This document shows positions 38,857-53,900 of a stretch of 64,000 nucleotides of DNA, piece after piece; positions within the stretch are counted from its first letter, which is position 1, and the number at the start of each line of letters is the position of its first letter. Position numbers and translations under genes: made by a program. The stretch comes from Auanema rhodensis. Taxonomy: Eukaryota > Animalia > Nematoda. Under the pieces are notes generated by a model. That model was given only the letters and a program-made list of their open reading frames with translations, was not told where the DNA came from and did no database searches. The stretch lies in contig OZ059895.1 of assembly GCA_964057225.1 (NCBI GenBank), forward strand, positions 3,658,001 to 3,722,000, given 5' to 3'.

Positions 38857-41800
38857 TACACCCATAAATTATACGCAGCACAGGTTACCCTTAAATAATG
38901 AACTGACCGACTAATCAGACATGGATCTTTCCAAGTTCTGTTGCTTGAACGGATGTTTTCCTACGTAGGCTAGTAAAACATGCCCTTCAAAGCATCAGAA
39001 CATGTGATCACATTCCAATTTTTTTGTATCTATCTTGTAAAGATAGTAATATATCATATGTTGAACACTATGTTGGAAAGATTTTAATTCAGATTTTCTA
39101 ACTTTTAATCAGTTTGTTTTTTAAACTTTGATTAAGAACTTTGATTTTTGTACACTCATAAATTATACGCAGCACAGGTTACCCTTAAATAATGAACTGA
39201 CCGACTAATCAGACATGGATCTTTCCAAGTTCTGTTGCTTGAACGGATGTTTTCCTACGTAGGCTAGTAAAACATGCCCTTCAAAGCATCAGAACATGTG
39301 ATCACATTCCAATTTTTTTGTATCTATCTTGTAAAGATAGTAATATATCATATGTTGAACACTATGTTGGAAAGATTTTAATTCAGATTTTCGAACTTTT
39401 ATACGCAGCACAGGTTACCCTTAATTAATGAACTGACCGACTAATCAGACATGGATCTTTCCAAGTTCTGTTGCTTGAATGGATGTTTTCCTACGTAGGC
39501 TAGTAAAACATGCCCTTCAAAGCATCAGAACATGTGATCACATTCCAATTTTTTTGTATCTATCTTGTAAAGATAGTAATAAACTTTGATTTTTGTACAC
39601 CCATAAATTATACGCAGCACAGGTTACCCTTAAATAATGAACTGACCGACTAATCAGACATGGATCTTTCCAAGTTCTGTTGCTTGAACGGATGTTTTCC
39701 TACGTAGGCTAGTAAAACATGCCCTTCAAAGCATCAGAACATGTGATCACATTCCAATTTTTTTGTATCTATCTTGTAAAGATAGTAATAAACTTTGATT
39801 TTTGTACACCCATAAATTATACGCAGCACAGGTTACCCTTAAATAATGAACTGACCGACTAATCAGACATGGATCTTTCCAAGTTCTGTTGCTTGAACGG
39901 ATGTTTTCCTACGTAGGCTAGTAAAACATGCCCTTCAAAGCATCAGAACATGTGATCACATTCCAATTTTTTTGTATCTATCTTGTAAAGATAGTAATAT
40001 ATCATATGTTGAACACTATGTTGGAAAGATTTTAATTCAGATTTTCTAACTTTTAATCAGTTTGTTTTTTAAACTTTGATTAAGAACTTTGATTTTTGTA
40101 CACTCATAAATTATACGCAGCACAGGTTACCCTTAAATAATGAACTGACCGACTAATCAGACATGGATCTTTCCAAGTTCTGTTGCTTGAACGGATGTTT
40201 TCCTACGTAGGCTAGTAAAACATGCCCTTCAAAGCATCAGAACATGTGATCACATTCCAATTTTTTCGTATCTATCTTGTAAAGATAGTAATAAACTTTG
40301 ATTTTTGTACACCCATAAATTATACGCAGCACAGGTTACCCTTAAATAATGAACTGACCGACTAATCAGACATGGATCTTTCCAAGTTCTGTTGCTTGAA
40401 CGGATGTTTTCCTACGTAGGCTAGTAAAACATGCCCTTCAAAGCATCAGAACATGTGACCACATTCCAATTTTTTTGTATCTATCTTGTAAAGATAGTGA
40501 TATATCATATGTTGAACACTATGTTGGAAAGATTTTAATTCAGATTTTTTCAACTTTCACTCAGTTTGTTTTCTAAACTTTGATTAAGAACCTTGTTGTT
40601 TGTACACCCATAAAATATACGCAGCACAGGTTACCCTTAAATAATGAACTGACCGACTAATCAGACATGGATCTTTCCTAGTTCTGTTGCTTGAATGGAT
40701 GTTTTCCTACGTAGGCTAGTAAAACATGCCCTTCAAAGCATCAGAACATGTGATCACATTCCAATTTTTTTGTATCTATCTTGTAAAGATAGTAATATAT
40801 CATATGTTGAACACTATGTTGGAAAGATTTTAATTCAGATTTTCTAACTTTTTATCAGTTTGTTTTTTAAACTTTGATTAAGAACTTTGATTTTTGTACA
40901 CCCATAAATTATACGCAGCACAGGTTACCCTTAAATAATGAACTGACCGACTAATCAGACATGGATCTTTCCTAGTTCTGTTGCTTGAATGGATGTTTTC
41001 CTACGTAGGCTAGTAAAACATGCCCTTCAAAGCATCAGAACATGTGACCACATTCCAATTTTTTTGTATCTATCTTGTAAAGATAGTAATATATCATATG
41101 TTGAACACTATGTTGGAAAGATTTTAATTCAGATTTTCGAACTTTTATACGCAGCACAGGTTACCCTTAATTAATGAACTGACCGACTAATCAGACATGG
41201 ATCTTTCCAAGTTCTGTTGCTTGAATGGATGTTTTCCTACGTAGGCTAGTAAAACATGCCCTTCAAAGCATCAGAACATGTGATCACATTCCAATTTTTT
41301 TGTATCTATCTTGTAAAGATAGTAATATATCATATGTTGAACACTATGTTGGAAAGATTTTAATTCAGATTTTCTAACTTTTATTCAGTTTGTTTTTTAA
41401 ACTTTGATTAAGAACTTTGATTTTTGTACACCCATAAATTATACGCAGCACAGGTTACCCTTAAATAATGAACTGACCGACTAATCAGACATGGATCTTT
41501 CCTAGTTCTGTTGCTTGAACGGATGTTTTCCTACGTAGGCTAGTAAAACATGCCCTTCAAAGCATCAGAACATGTGATCACATTCCAATTTTTTTGTATC
41601 TATCTTGTAAAGATAGTAATATATCATATGTTGAACACTATGTTGGAAAGATTTTAATTCAGATTTTCGAACTTTTATACGCAGCACAGGTTACCCTTAA
41701 TTAATGAACTGACCGACTAATCAGACATGGATCTTTCCAAGTTCTGTTGCTTGAATGGATGTTTTCCTACGTAGGCTAGTAAAACATGCCCTTCAAAGCA

Positions 41801-44800
41801 TCAGAACATGTGATCACATTCCAATTTTTTTGTATCTATCTTGTAAAGATAGTAATATATCATATGTTGAACACTATGTTGGAAAGATTTTAATTCAGAT
41901 TTTCTAACTTTTAATCAGTTTGTTTTTTAAACTTTGATTAAGAACTTTGATTTTTGTACACCCATAAATTATACGCAGCACAGGTTACCCTTAAATAATG
42001 AACTGACCGACTAATCAGACATGGATCTTTCCTAGTTCTGTTGCTTGAATGGATGTTTTCCTACGTAGGCTAGTAAAACATGCCCTTCAAAGCATCAGAA
42101 CATGTGATCACATTCCATTTTTTCCGTATCTATCTTGTAAAGATAGTAATAAACTTTGATTTTTGTACACCCATAAATTATACGCAGCACAGGTTACCCT
42201 TAAATAATGAACTGACCGACTAATCAGACATGGATCTTTCCAAGTTCTGTTGCTTGAACGGATGTTTTCCTACGTAGGCTAGTAAAACATGCCCTTCAAA
42301 GCATCAGAACATGTGATCACATTCCAATTTTTTTGTATCTATCTTGTAAAGATAGTAATATATCATATGTTGAACACTATGTTGGAAAGATTTTAATTCA
42401 GATTTTCTAACTTTTAATCAGTTTGTTTTTTAAACTTTGATTAAGAACTTTGATTTTTGTACACTCATAAATTATACGCAGCACAGGTTACCCTTAAATA
42501 ATGAACTGACCGACTAATCAGACATGGATCTTTCCAAGTTCTGTTGCTTGAACGGATGTTTTCCTACGTAGGCTAGTAAAACATGCCCTTCAAAGCATCA
42601 GAACATGTGATCACATTCCAATTTTTTTGTATCTATCTTGTAAAGATAGTAATATATCATATGTTGAACACTATGTTGGAAAGATTTTAATTCAGATTTT
42701 CGAACTTTTATACGCAGCACAGGTTACCCTTAATTAATGAACTGACCGACTAATCAGACATGGATCTTTCCAAGTTCTGTTGCTTGAATGGATGTTTTCC
42801 TACGTAGGCTAGTAAAACATGCCCTTCAAAGCATCAGAACATGTGATCACATTCCAATTTTTTTGTATCTATCTTGTAAAGATAGTAATAAACTTTGATT
42901 TTTGTACACCCATAAATTATACGCAGCACAGGTTACCCTTAAATAATGAACTGACCGACTAATCAGACATGGATCTTTCCAAGTTCTGTTGCTTGAACGG
43001 ATGTTTTCCTACGTAGGCTAGTAAAACATGCCCTTCAAAGCATCAGAACATGTGATCACATTCCAATTTTTTTGTATCTATCTTGTAAAGATAGTAATAA
43101 ACTTTGATTTTTGTACACCCATAAATTATACGCAGCACAGGTTACCCTTAAATAATGAACTGACCGACTAATCAGACATGGATCTTTCCAAGTTCTGTTG
43201 CTTGAACGGATGTTTTCCTACGTAGGCTAGTAAAACATGCCCTTCAAAGCATCAGAACATGTGATCACATTCCAATTTTTTTGTATCTATCTTGTAAAGA
43301 TAGTAATATATCATATGTTGAACACTATGTTGGAAAGATTTTAATTCAGATTTTCTAACTTTTAATCAGTTTGTTTTTTAAACTTTGATTAAGAACTTTG
43401 ATTTTTGTACACTCATAAATTATACGCAGCACAGGTTACCCTTAAATAATGAACTGACCGACTAATCAGACATGGATCTTTCCAAGTTCTGTTGCTTGAA
43501 CGGATGTTTTCCTACGTAGGCTAGTAAAACATGCCCTTCAAAGCATCAGAACATGTGATCACATTCCAATTTTTTCGTATCTATCTTGTAAAGATAGTAA
43601 TAAACTTTGATTTTTGTACACCCATAAATTATACGCAGCACAGGTTACCCTTAAATAATGAACTGACCGACTAATCAGACATGGATCTTTCCAAGTTCTG
43701 TTGCTTGAACGGATGTTTTCCTACGTAGGCTAGTAAAACATGCCCTTCAAAGCATCAGAACATGTGACCACATTCCAATTTTTTTGTATCTATCTTGTAA
43801 AGATAGTGATATATCATATGTTGAACACTATGTTGGAAAGATTTTAATTCAGATTTTTTCAACTTTCACTCAGTTTGTTTTCTAAACTTTGATTAAGAAC
43901 CTTGTTGTTTGTACACCCATAAAATATACGCAGCACAGGTTACCCTTAAATAATGAACTGACCGACTAATCAGACATGGATCTTTCCTAGTTCTGTTGCT
44001 TGAATGGATGTTTTCCTACGTAGGCTAGTAAAACATGCCCTTCAAAGCATCAGAACATGTGATCACATTCCAATTTTTTTGTATCTATCTTGTAAAGATA
44101 GTAATATATCATATGTTGAACACTATGTTGGAAAGATTTTAATTCAGATTTTCTAACTTTTTATCAGTTTGTTTTTTAAACTTTGATTAAGAACTTTGAT
44201 TTTTGTACACCCATAAATTATACGCAGCACAGGTTACCCTTAAATAATGAACTGACCGACTAATCAGACATGGATCTTTCCTAGTTCTGTTGCTTGAATG
44301 GATGTTTTCCTACGTAGGCTAGTAAAACATGCCCTTCAAAGCATCAGAACATGTGACCACATTCCAATTTTTTTGTATCTATCTTGTAAAGATAGTAATA
44401 TATCATATGTTGAACACTATGTTGGAAAGATTTTAATTCAGATTTTCTAACTTTTTATCAGTTTGTTTTTTAAACTTTGATTAAGAACTTTGATTTTTGT
44501 ACACCCATAAATTATACGCAGCACAGGTTACCCTTAAATAATGAACTGACCGACTAATCAGACATGGATCTTTCCTAGTTCTGTTGCTTGAATGGATGTT
44601 TTCCTACGTAGGCTAGTAAAACATGCCCTTCAAAGCATCAGAACATGTGATCACATTCCAATTTTTTTGTATCTATCTTGTAAAGATAGTAATATATCAT
44701 ATGTTGAACACTATGTTGGAAAGATTTTAATTCAGATTTTCTAACTTTTATTCAGTTTGTTTTTTAAACTTTGATTAAGAACTTTGATTTTTGTACACCC

Positions 44801-45530
44801 ATAAATTATACGCAGCACAGGTTACCCTTAAATAATGAACTGACCGACTAATCAGACATGGATCTTTCCTAGTTCTGTTGCTTGAACGGATGTTTTCCTA
44901 CGTAGGCTAGTAAAACATGCCCTTCAAAGCATCAGAACATGTGATCACATTCCAATTTTTTTGTATCTATCTTGTAAAGATAGTAATATATCATATGTTG
45001 AACACTATGTTGGAAAGATTTTAATTCAGATTTTCGAACTTTTATACGCAGCACAGGTTACCCTTAATTAATGAACTGACCGACTAATCAGACATGGATC
45101 TTTCCAAGTTCTGTTGCTTGAATGGATGTTTTCCTACGTAGGCTAGTAAAACATGCCCTTCAAAGCATCAGAACATGTGATCACATTCCAATTTTTTTGT
45201 ATCTATCTTGTAAAGATAGTAATATATCATATGTTGAACACTATGTTGGAAAGATTTTAATTCAGATTTTCTAACTTTTAATCAGTTTGTTTTTTAAACT
45301 TTGATTAAGAACTTTGATTTTTGTACACCCATAAATTATACGCAGCACAGGTTACCCTTAAATAATGAACTGACCGACTAATCAGACATGGATCTTTCCT
45401 AGTTCTGTTGCTTGAATGGATGTTTTCCTACGTAGGCTAGTAAAACATGCCCTTCAAAGCATCAGAACATGTGATCACATTCCAATTTTTCCGTATCTAT
45501 CTTGTAAAGATAGTAATAAACTTTGATTTT
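38857..45530 (+). repeat. Tandem block duplication with period 3309 bp (3367 after one D-to-B swap)
   Basis: TACACTCATA at 39151/42460 and 40099/43408; TTTCCGTA at 42124/45491, offset 3309+58. Confidence 0.85.
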
Positions 45531-48500
45531 TGTACACCCATAAATTATACGCAGCACAGGTTACCCTTAAATAATGAACTGACCGACTAATCAGACATGG
45601 ATCTTTCCAAGTTCTGTTGCTTGAACGGATGTTTTCCTACGTAGGCTAGTAAAACAAGCCCTTCAAAGCATCAGAACATGTGATCACATTCCAATTTTTT
45701 TGTATCTATCTTGTAAAGATAGTAATATATCATATGTTGAACACTATGTTGGAAAGATTTTAATTCAGATTTTCGAACTTTTATTCAGTTTGTTTTTTAA
45801 ACTTTGATTAAGAACTTTGATTTTTGTACACCCATAAATTATACGCAGCACAGGTTACCCTTAATTAATGAACTGACCGACTAATCAGACATGGATCTTT
45901 CCAAGTTCTGTTGCTTGAACGGATGTTTTCCTACGTAGGCTAGTAAAACATGCCCTTCAAAGCATCAGAACATGTGACCACATTCCAATTTTTTTGTATC
46001 TATCTTGTAAAGATAGTAATATATCATATGTTGAACACTATGTTGGAAAGATTTTAATTCAGATTTTTTCAACTTTCACTCAGTTTGTTTTCTAAACTTT
46101 GATTAAGAACCTTGAGTTTTGTACACCCATAAATTATACGCAGCACAGGTTACCCTTAATTAATGAACTGACCGACTAATCAGACATGGATCTTCCCAAG
46201 TTCTGTTGCTTGAATGGATGTTTTCCTACGTAGGCTAGTAAAACATGCCCTTCAAAGCATCAGAACATGTGATCACATTCCAATTTTTTTGTATCTATCT
46301 TGTAAAGATAGTAATAAACTTTGATTTTTGTACACCCATAAATTATACGCAGCACAGGTTACCCTTAAATAATGAACTGACCGACTAATCAGACATGGAT
46401 CTTTCCAAGTTCTGTTGCTTGAACGGATGTTTTCCTACGTAGGCTAGTAAAACATGCCCTTCAAAGCATCAGAACATGTGACCACATTCCAATTTTTTTG
46501 TATCTATCTTGTAAAGATAGTAATATATCATATGTTGAACACTATGTTGGAAAGATTTTAATTCAGATTTTTTCAACTTTCACTCAGTTTGTTTTCTAAA
46601 CTTTGATTAAGAACCTTGTTGTTTGTACACCCATAAAATATACGCAGCACAGGTTACCCCTAAATAATGAACTGACCGACTAATCAGACATGGATCTTTC
46701 CTAGTTCTGTTGCTTGAATGGATGTTTTCCTACATAGGCTAGTAAAACATGCCCTTCAAAGCATCAGAACATGTGATCACATTCCAATTTTTTTGTATCT
46801 ATCTTGTAAAGATAGTAATATATCATATGTTGAACACTATGTTGGAAAGATTTTAATTCAGATTTTCTAACTTTTAATCAGTTTGTTTTTTAAACTTTGA
46901 TTAAGAATTTTGATTTTTGTACACCCATAAATTATACGCAGCACAGGTTACCCTTAAATAATGAACTGACCGACTAATCAGACATGGATCTTTCCTAGTT
47001 CTGTTGCTTGAATGGATGTTTTCCTACGTAGGCTAGTAAAACATGCCCTTCAAAGCATCAGAACATGTGACCACATTCCAATTTTTTTGTATCTATCTTG
47101 TAAAGATAGTAATAAACTTTGATTTTTGTACACCCATAAATTATACGCAGCACAGGTTACCCTTAAATAATGAACTGACCGACTAATCAGACATGGATCT
47201 TTCCAAGTTCTGTTGCTTGAACGGATGTTTTCCTACGTAGGCTAGTAAAACATGCCCTTCAAAGCATCAGAACATGTGATCACATTCCAATTTTTTTGTA
47301 TCTATCTTGTAAAGATAGTAATATATCATATGTTGAACACTATGTTGGAAAGATTTTAATTCAGATTTTCGAACTTTTATACGCAGCACAGGTAACCCTT
47401 AATTAATGAACTGACCGACTAATCAGACATGGATCTTTCCAAGTTCTGTTGCTTGAATGGATGTTTTCCTACGTAGGCTAGTAAAACATGCCCTTCAAAG
47501 CATCAGAACATGTGATCACATTCCAATTTTTTTGTATCTATCTTGTAAAGATAGTAATAAACTTTGATTTTTGTACACCCATAAATTATACGCAGCACAG
47601 GTTACCCTTAAATAATGAACTGACCGACTAATCAGACATGGATCTTTCCAAGTTCTGTTGCTTGAACGGATGTTTTCCTACGTAGGCTAGTAAAACATGC
47701 CCTTCAAAGCATCAGAACATGTGATCACATTCCAATTTTTTTGTATCTATCTTGTAAAGATAGTAATAAACTTTGATTTTTGTACACCCATAAATTATAC
47801 GCAGCACAGGTTACCCTTAAATAATGAACTGACCGACTAATCAGACATGGATCTTTCCAAGTTCTGTTGCTTGAACGGATGTTTTCCTACGTAGGCTAGT
47901 AAAACATGCCCTTCAAAGCATCAGAACATGTGATCACATTCCAATTTTTTTGTATCTATCTTGTAAAGATAGTAATATATCATATGTTGAACACTATGTT
48001 GGAAAGATTTTAATTCAGATTTTCTAACTTTTAATCAGTTTGTTTTTTAAACTTTGATTAAGAACTTTGATTTTTGTACACTCATAAATTATACACAGCA
48101 CAGGTTACCCTTAAATAGTGAACTGACCGACTAATCAGACATGGATCTTTCCTAGTTCTGTTGCTTGAATGGATGTTTTCCTACGTAGGCTAGTAAAACA
48201 TGCCCTTCAAAGCATCAGAACATGTGATCACATTCCAATTTTTTCGTATCTATCTTGTAAAGATAGTAATAAACTTTGATTTTTGTACACCCATAAATTA
48301 TACGCAGCACAGGTTACCCTTAAATAATGAACTGACCGACTAATCAGACATGGATCTTTCCAAGTTCTGTTGCTTGAACGGATGTTTTCCTACGTAGGCT
48401 AGTAAAACATGCCCTTCAAAGCATCAGAACATGTGATCACATTCCAATTTTTTTGTATCTATCTTGTAAAGATAGTAATATATCATATGTTGAACACTAT

Positions 48501-50941
48501 GTTGGAAAGATTTTAATTCAGATTTTCGAACTTTTATTCAGTTTGTTTTTTAAACTTTGATTAAGAACTTTGATTTTTGTACACCCATAAATTATACGCA
48601 GCACAGGTTACCCTTAATTAATGAACTGACCGACTAATCAGACATGGATCTTTCCAAGTTCTGTTGCTTGAACGGATGTTTTCCTACGTAGGCTAGTAAA
48701 ACATGCCCTTCAAAGCATCAGAACATGTGACCACATTCCAATTTTTTTGTATCTATCTTGTAAAGATAGTAATATATCATATGTTGAACACTATGTTGGA
48801 AAGATTTTAATTCAGATTTTTTCAACTTTCACTCAGTTTGTTTTCTAAACTTTGATTAAGAACCTTGAGTTTTGTACACCCATAAATTATACGCAGCACA
48901 GGTTACCCTTAAATAATGAACTGACCGACTAATCAGACATGGATCTTCCCAAGTTCTGTTGCTTGAATGGATGTTTTCCTACAGAGGCTAGTAAAACATG
49001 CCCTTCAAAGCATCAGAACATGTGATCACATTCCAATTTTTTTGTATCTATCTTGTAAAGATAGTAATAAACTTTGATTTTTGTACACCCATAAATTATA
49101 CGCAGCACAGGTTACCCTTAAATAATGAACTGACCGACTAATCAGACATGGATCTTTCCAAGTTCTGTTGCTTGAACGGATGTTTTCCTACGTAGGCTAG
49201 TAAAACATGCCCTTCAAAGCATCAGAACATGTGATCACATTCCAATTTTTTTGTATCTATCTTGTAAAGATAGTAATATATCATATGTTGAACACTATGT
49301 TGGAAAGATTTTAATTCAGATTTTCGAACTTTTATACGCAGCACAGGTTACCCTTAATTAATGAACTGACCGACTAATCAGACATGGATCTTTCCAAGTT
49401 CTGTTGCTTGAATGGATGTTTTCCTACGTAGGCTAGTAAAACATGCCCTTCAAAGCATCAGAACATGTGATCACATTCCAATTTTTTTGTATCTATCTTG
49501 TAAAGATAGTAATATATCATATGTTGAACACTATGTTGGAAAGATTTTAATTCAGATTTTCTAACTTTTAATCAGTTTGTTTTTTAAACTTTGATTAAGA
49601 ACTTTGATTTTTGTACACCCATAAATTATACGCAGCACAGGTTACCCTTAAATAATGAACTGACCGACTAATCAGACATGGATCTTTCCTAGTTCTGTTG
49701 CTTGAACGGATGTTTTCCTACGTAGGCTAGTAAAACATGCCCTTCAAAGCATCAGAACATGTGATCACATTCCAATTTTTTTGTATCTATCTTGTAAAGA
49801 TAGTAATATATCATATGTTGAACACTATGTTGGAAAGATTTTAATTCAGATTTTCGAACTTTTATACGCAGCACAGGTTACCCTTAATTAATGAACTGAC
49901 CGACTAATCAGACATGGATCTTTCCAAGTTCTGTTGCTTGAATGGATGTTTTCCTACGTAGGCTAGTAAAACATGCCCTTCAAAGCATCAGAACATGTGA
50001 TCACATTCCAATTTTTTTGTATCTATCTTGTAAAGATAGTAATATATCATATGTTGAACACTATGTTGGAAAGATTTTAATTCAGATTTTCTAACTTTTA
50101 ATCAGTTTGTTTTTTAAACTTTGATTAAGAACTTTGATTTTTGTACACTCATAAATTATACGCAGCACAGGTTACCCTTAAATAGTGAACTGACCGACTA
50201 ATCAGACATGGATCTTTCCTAGTTCTGTTGCTTGAATGGATGTTTTCCTACGTAGGCTAGTAAAACATGCCCTTCAAAGCATCAGAACATGTGATCACAT
50301 TCCAATTTTTTCGTATCTATCTTGTAAAGATAGTAATAAACTTTGATTTTTGTACACCCATAAATTATACGCAGCACAGGTTACCCTTAAATAATGAACT
50401 GACCGACTAATCAGACATGGATCTTTCCAAGTTCTGTTGCTTGAACGGATGTTTTCCTACGTAGGCTAGTAAAACATGCCCTTCAAAGCATCAGAACATG
50501 TGATCACATTCCAATTTTTTTGTATCTATCTTGTAAAGATAGTAATATATCATATGTTGAACACTATGTTGGAAAGATTTTAATTCAGATTTTCGAACTT
50601 TTATTCAGTTTGTTTTTTAAACTTTGATTAAGAACTTTGATTTTTGTACACTCATAAATTATACGCAGCACAGGTTACCCTTAATTAATGAACTGACCGA
50701 CTAATCAGACATGGATCTTTCCAAGTTCTGTTGCTTGAACGGATGTTTTCCTACGTAGGCTAGTAAAACATGCCCTTCAAAGCATCAGAACATGTGACCA
50801 CATTCCAATTTTTTTGTATCTATCTTGTAAAGATAGTAATATATCATATGTTGAACACTATGTTGGAAAGATTTTAATTCAGATTTTTTCAACTTTCACT
50901 CAGTTTGTTTTCTAAACTTTGATTAAGAACCTTGAGTTTTG

Positions 50942-53900
50942 TACACCCATAAATTATACGCAGCACAGGTTACCCTTAAATAATGAACTGACCGACTAAT
51001 CAGACATGGATCTTCCCAAGTTCTGTTGCTTGAATGGATGTTTTCCTACAGAGGCTAGTAAAACATGCCCTTCAAAGCATCAGAACATGTGATCACATTC
51101 CAATTTTTTTGTATCTATCTTGTAAAGATAGTAATAAACTTTAATTTTTGTACACCCATAAATTATACGCAGCACAGGTTACCCTTAAATAATGAACTGA
51201 CCGACTAATCAGACATGGATCTTTCCAAGTTCTGTTGCTTGAACGGATGTTTTCCTACGTAGGCTAGTAAAACATGCCCTTCAAAGCATCAGAACATGTG
51301 ACCACATTCCAATTTTTTTGTATCTATCTTGTAAAGATAGTGATATATCATATGTTGAACACTATGTTGGAAAGATTTTAATTCAGATTTTTTCAACTTT
51401 CACTCAGTTTGTTTTCTAAACTTTGATTAAGAACCTTGTTGTTTGTACACCCATAAAATATACGCAGCACAGGTTACCCTTAAATAATGAACTGACCGAC
51501 TAATCAGACATGGATCTTCCCAAGTTCTGTTGCTTGAATGGATGTTTTCCTACGTAGGCTAGTAAAACATGCCCTTCAAAGCATCAGAACATGTGATCAC
51601 ATTCCAATTTTTTTGTATCTATCTTGTAAAGATAGTAATATATCATATGTTGAACACTATGTTGGAAAGATTTTAATTCAGATTTTCTAACTTTTATTCA
51701 GTTTGTTTTTTAAACTTTGATTAAGAACTTTGATTTTTGTACACCCATAAATTATACGCAGCACAGGTTACCCTTAAATAATGAACTGACCGACTAATCA
51801 GACATGGATCTTTCCTAGTTCTGTTGCTTGAATGGATGTTTTCCTACGTAGGCTAGTAAAACATGCCCTTCAAAGCATCAGAACATGTGATCACATTCCA
51901 ATTTTTTTGTATCTATTTTGTAAAGATAGTAATAAACTTTGATTTTTGTACACCCATAAATTTTACGCAGCACAGGTTACCCTTAAATAATGAACTGACC
52001 GACTAATCAGACATGGATCTTTCCAAGTTCTGTTGCTTGAACGGATGTTTTCCTACGTAGGCTAGTAAAACATGCCCTTCAAAGCATCAGAACATGTGAC
52101 CACATTCCAATTTTTTTGTATCTATCTTGTAAAGATAGTGATATATCATATGTTGAACACTATGTTGGAAAGATTTTAATTCAGATTTTTTCAACTTTCA
52201 CTCAGTTTGTTTTCTAAACTTTGATTAAGAACCTTGTTGTTTGTACACCCATAAATTATACGCAGCACAGGTTACCCTTAAATAATGAACTGACCGACTA
52301 ATCAGACATGGATCTTTCCTAGTTCTGTTGCTTGAATGGATGTTTTCCTACGTAGGCTAGTAAAACATGCCCTTCAAAGCATCAGAACATGTGATCACAT
52401 TCCAATTTTTTTGTATCTATTTTGTAAAGATAGTAATAAACTTTGATTTTTGTACACCCATAAATTTTACGCAGCACAGGTTACCCTTAAATAATGAACT
52501 GACCGACTAATCAGACATGGATCTTTCCAAGTTCTGTTGCTTGAACGGATGTTTTCCTACGTAGGCTAGTAAAACATGCCCTTCAAAGCATCAGAACATG
52601 TGACCACATTCCAATTTTTTTGTATCTATCTTGTAAAGATAGTGATATATCATATGTTGAACACTATGTTGGAAAGATTTTAATTCAGATTTTTTCAACT
52701 TTCACTCAGTTTGTTTTCTAAACTTTGATTAAGAACCTTGTTGTTTGTACACCCATAAAATATACGCAGCACAGGTTACCCTTAAATAATGAACTGACCG
52801 ACTAATCAGACATGGATCTTTCCTAGTTCTGTTGCTTGAATGGATGTTTTCCTACGTAGGCTAGTAAAACATGCCCTTCAAAGCATCAGAACATGTGATC
52901 ACATTCCAATTTTTTTGTATCTATCTTGTAAAGATAGTAATATATCATATGTTGAACACTATGTTGGAAAGATTTTAATTCAGATTTTCTAACTTTTAAT
53001 CAGTTTGTTTTTTAAACTTTGATTAAGAACTTTGATTTTTGTACACCCATAAATTATACGCAGCACAGATTACCCTTAAATAATGAACTGACCGACTAAT
53101 CAGACATGGATCTTTCCTAGTTCTGTTGCTTGAATGGATGTTTTCCTACGTAGGCTAGTAAAACATGCCCTTCAAAGCATCAGAACATGTGACCACATTC
53201 CAATTTTTTTGTATCTATCTTGTAAAGATAGTAATAAACTTTGATTTTTGTACACCCATAAATTATACGCAGCACAGGTTACCCTTAAATAATGAACTGA
53301 CCGACTAATCAGACATGGATCTTTCCAAGTTCTGTTGCTTGAACGGATGTTTTCCTACGTAGGCTAGTAAAACATGCCCTTCAAAGCATGAGAACATGTG
53401 ATCACATTCCAATTTTTTTGTATCTATCTTGTAAAGATAGTAATATATCATATGTTGAACACTATGTTGGAAAGATTTTAATTCAGATTTTTTCAACTTT
53501 CACTCAGTTTGTTTTCTAAACTTTGATTAAGAACCTTGAGTTTTGTACACCCATAAATTATACGCAGCACAGGTTACCCTTAAATAATGAACTGACCGAC
53601 TAATCAGACATGGATCTTCCCAAGTTCTGTTGCTTGAATGGATGTTTTCCTACAGAGGCTAGTAAAACATGCCCTTCAAAGCATCAGAACATGTGATCAC
53701 ATTCCAATTTTTTTGTATCTATCTTGTAAAGATAGTAATAAACTTTAATTTTTGTACACCCATAAATTATACGCAGCACAGGTTACCCTTAAATAATGAA
53801 CTGACCGACTAATCAGACATGGATCTTTCCAAGTTCTGTTGCTTGAACGGATGTTTTCCTACGTAGGCTAGTAAAACATGCCCTTCAAAGCATCAGAACA

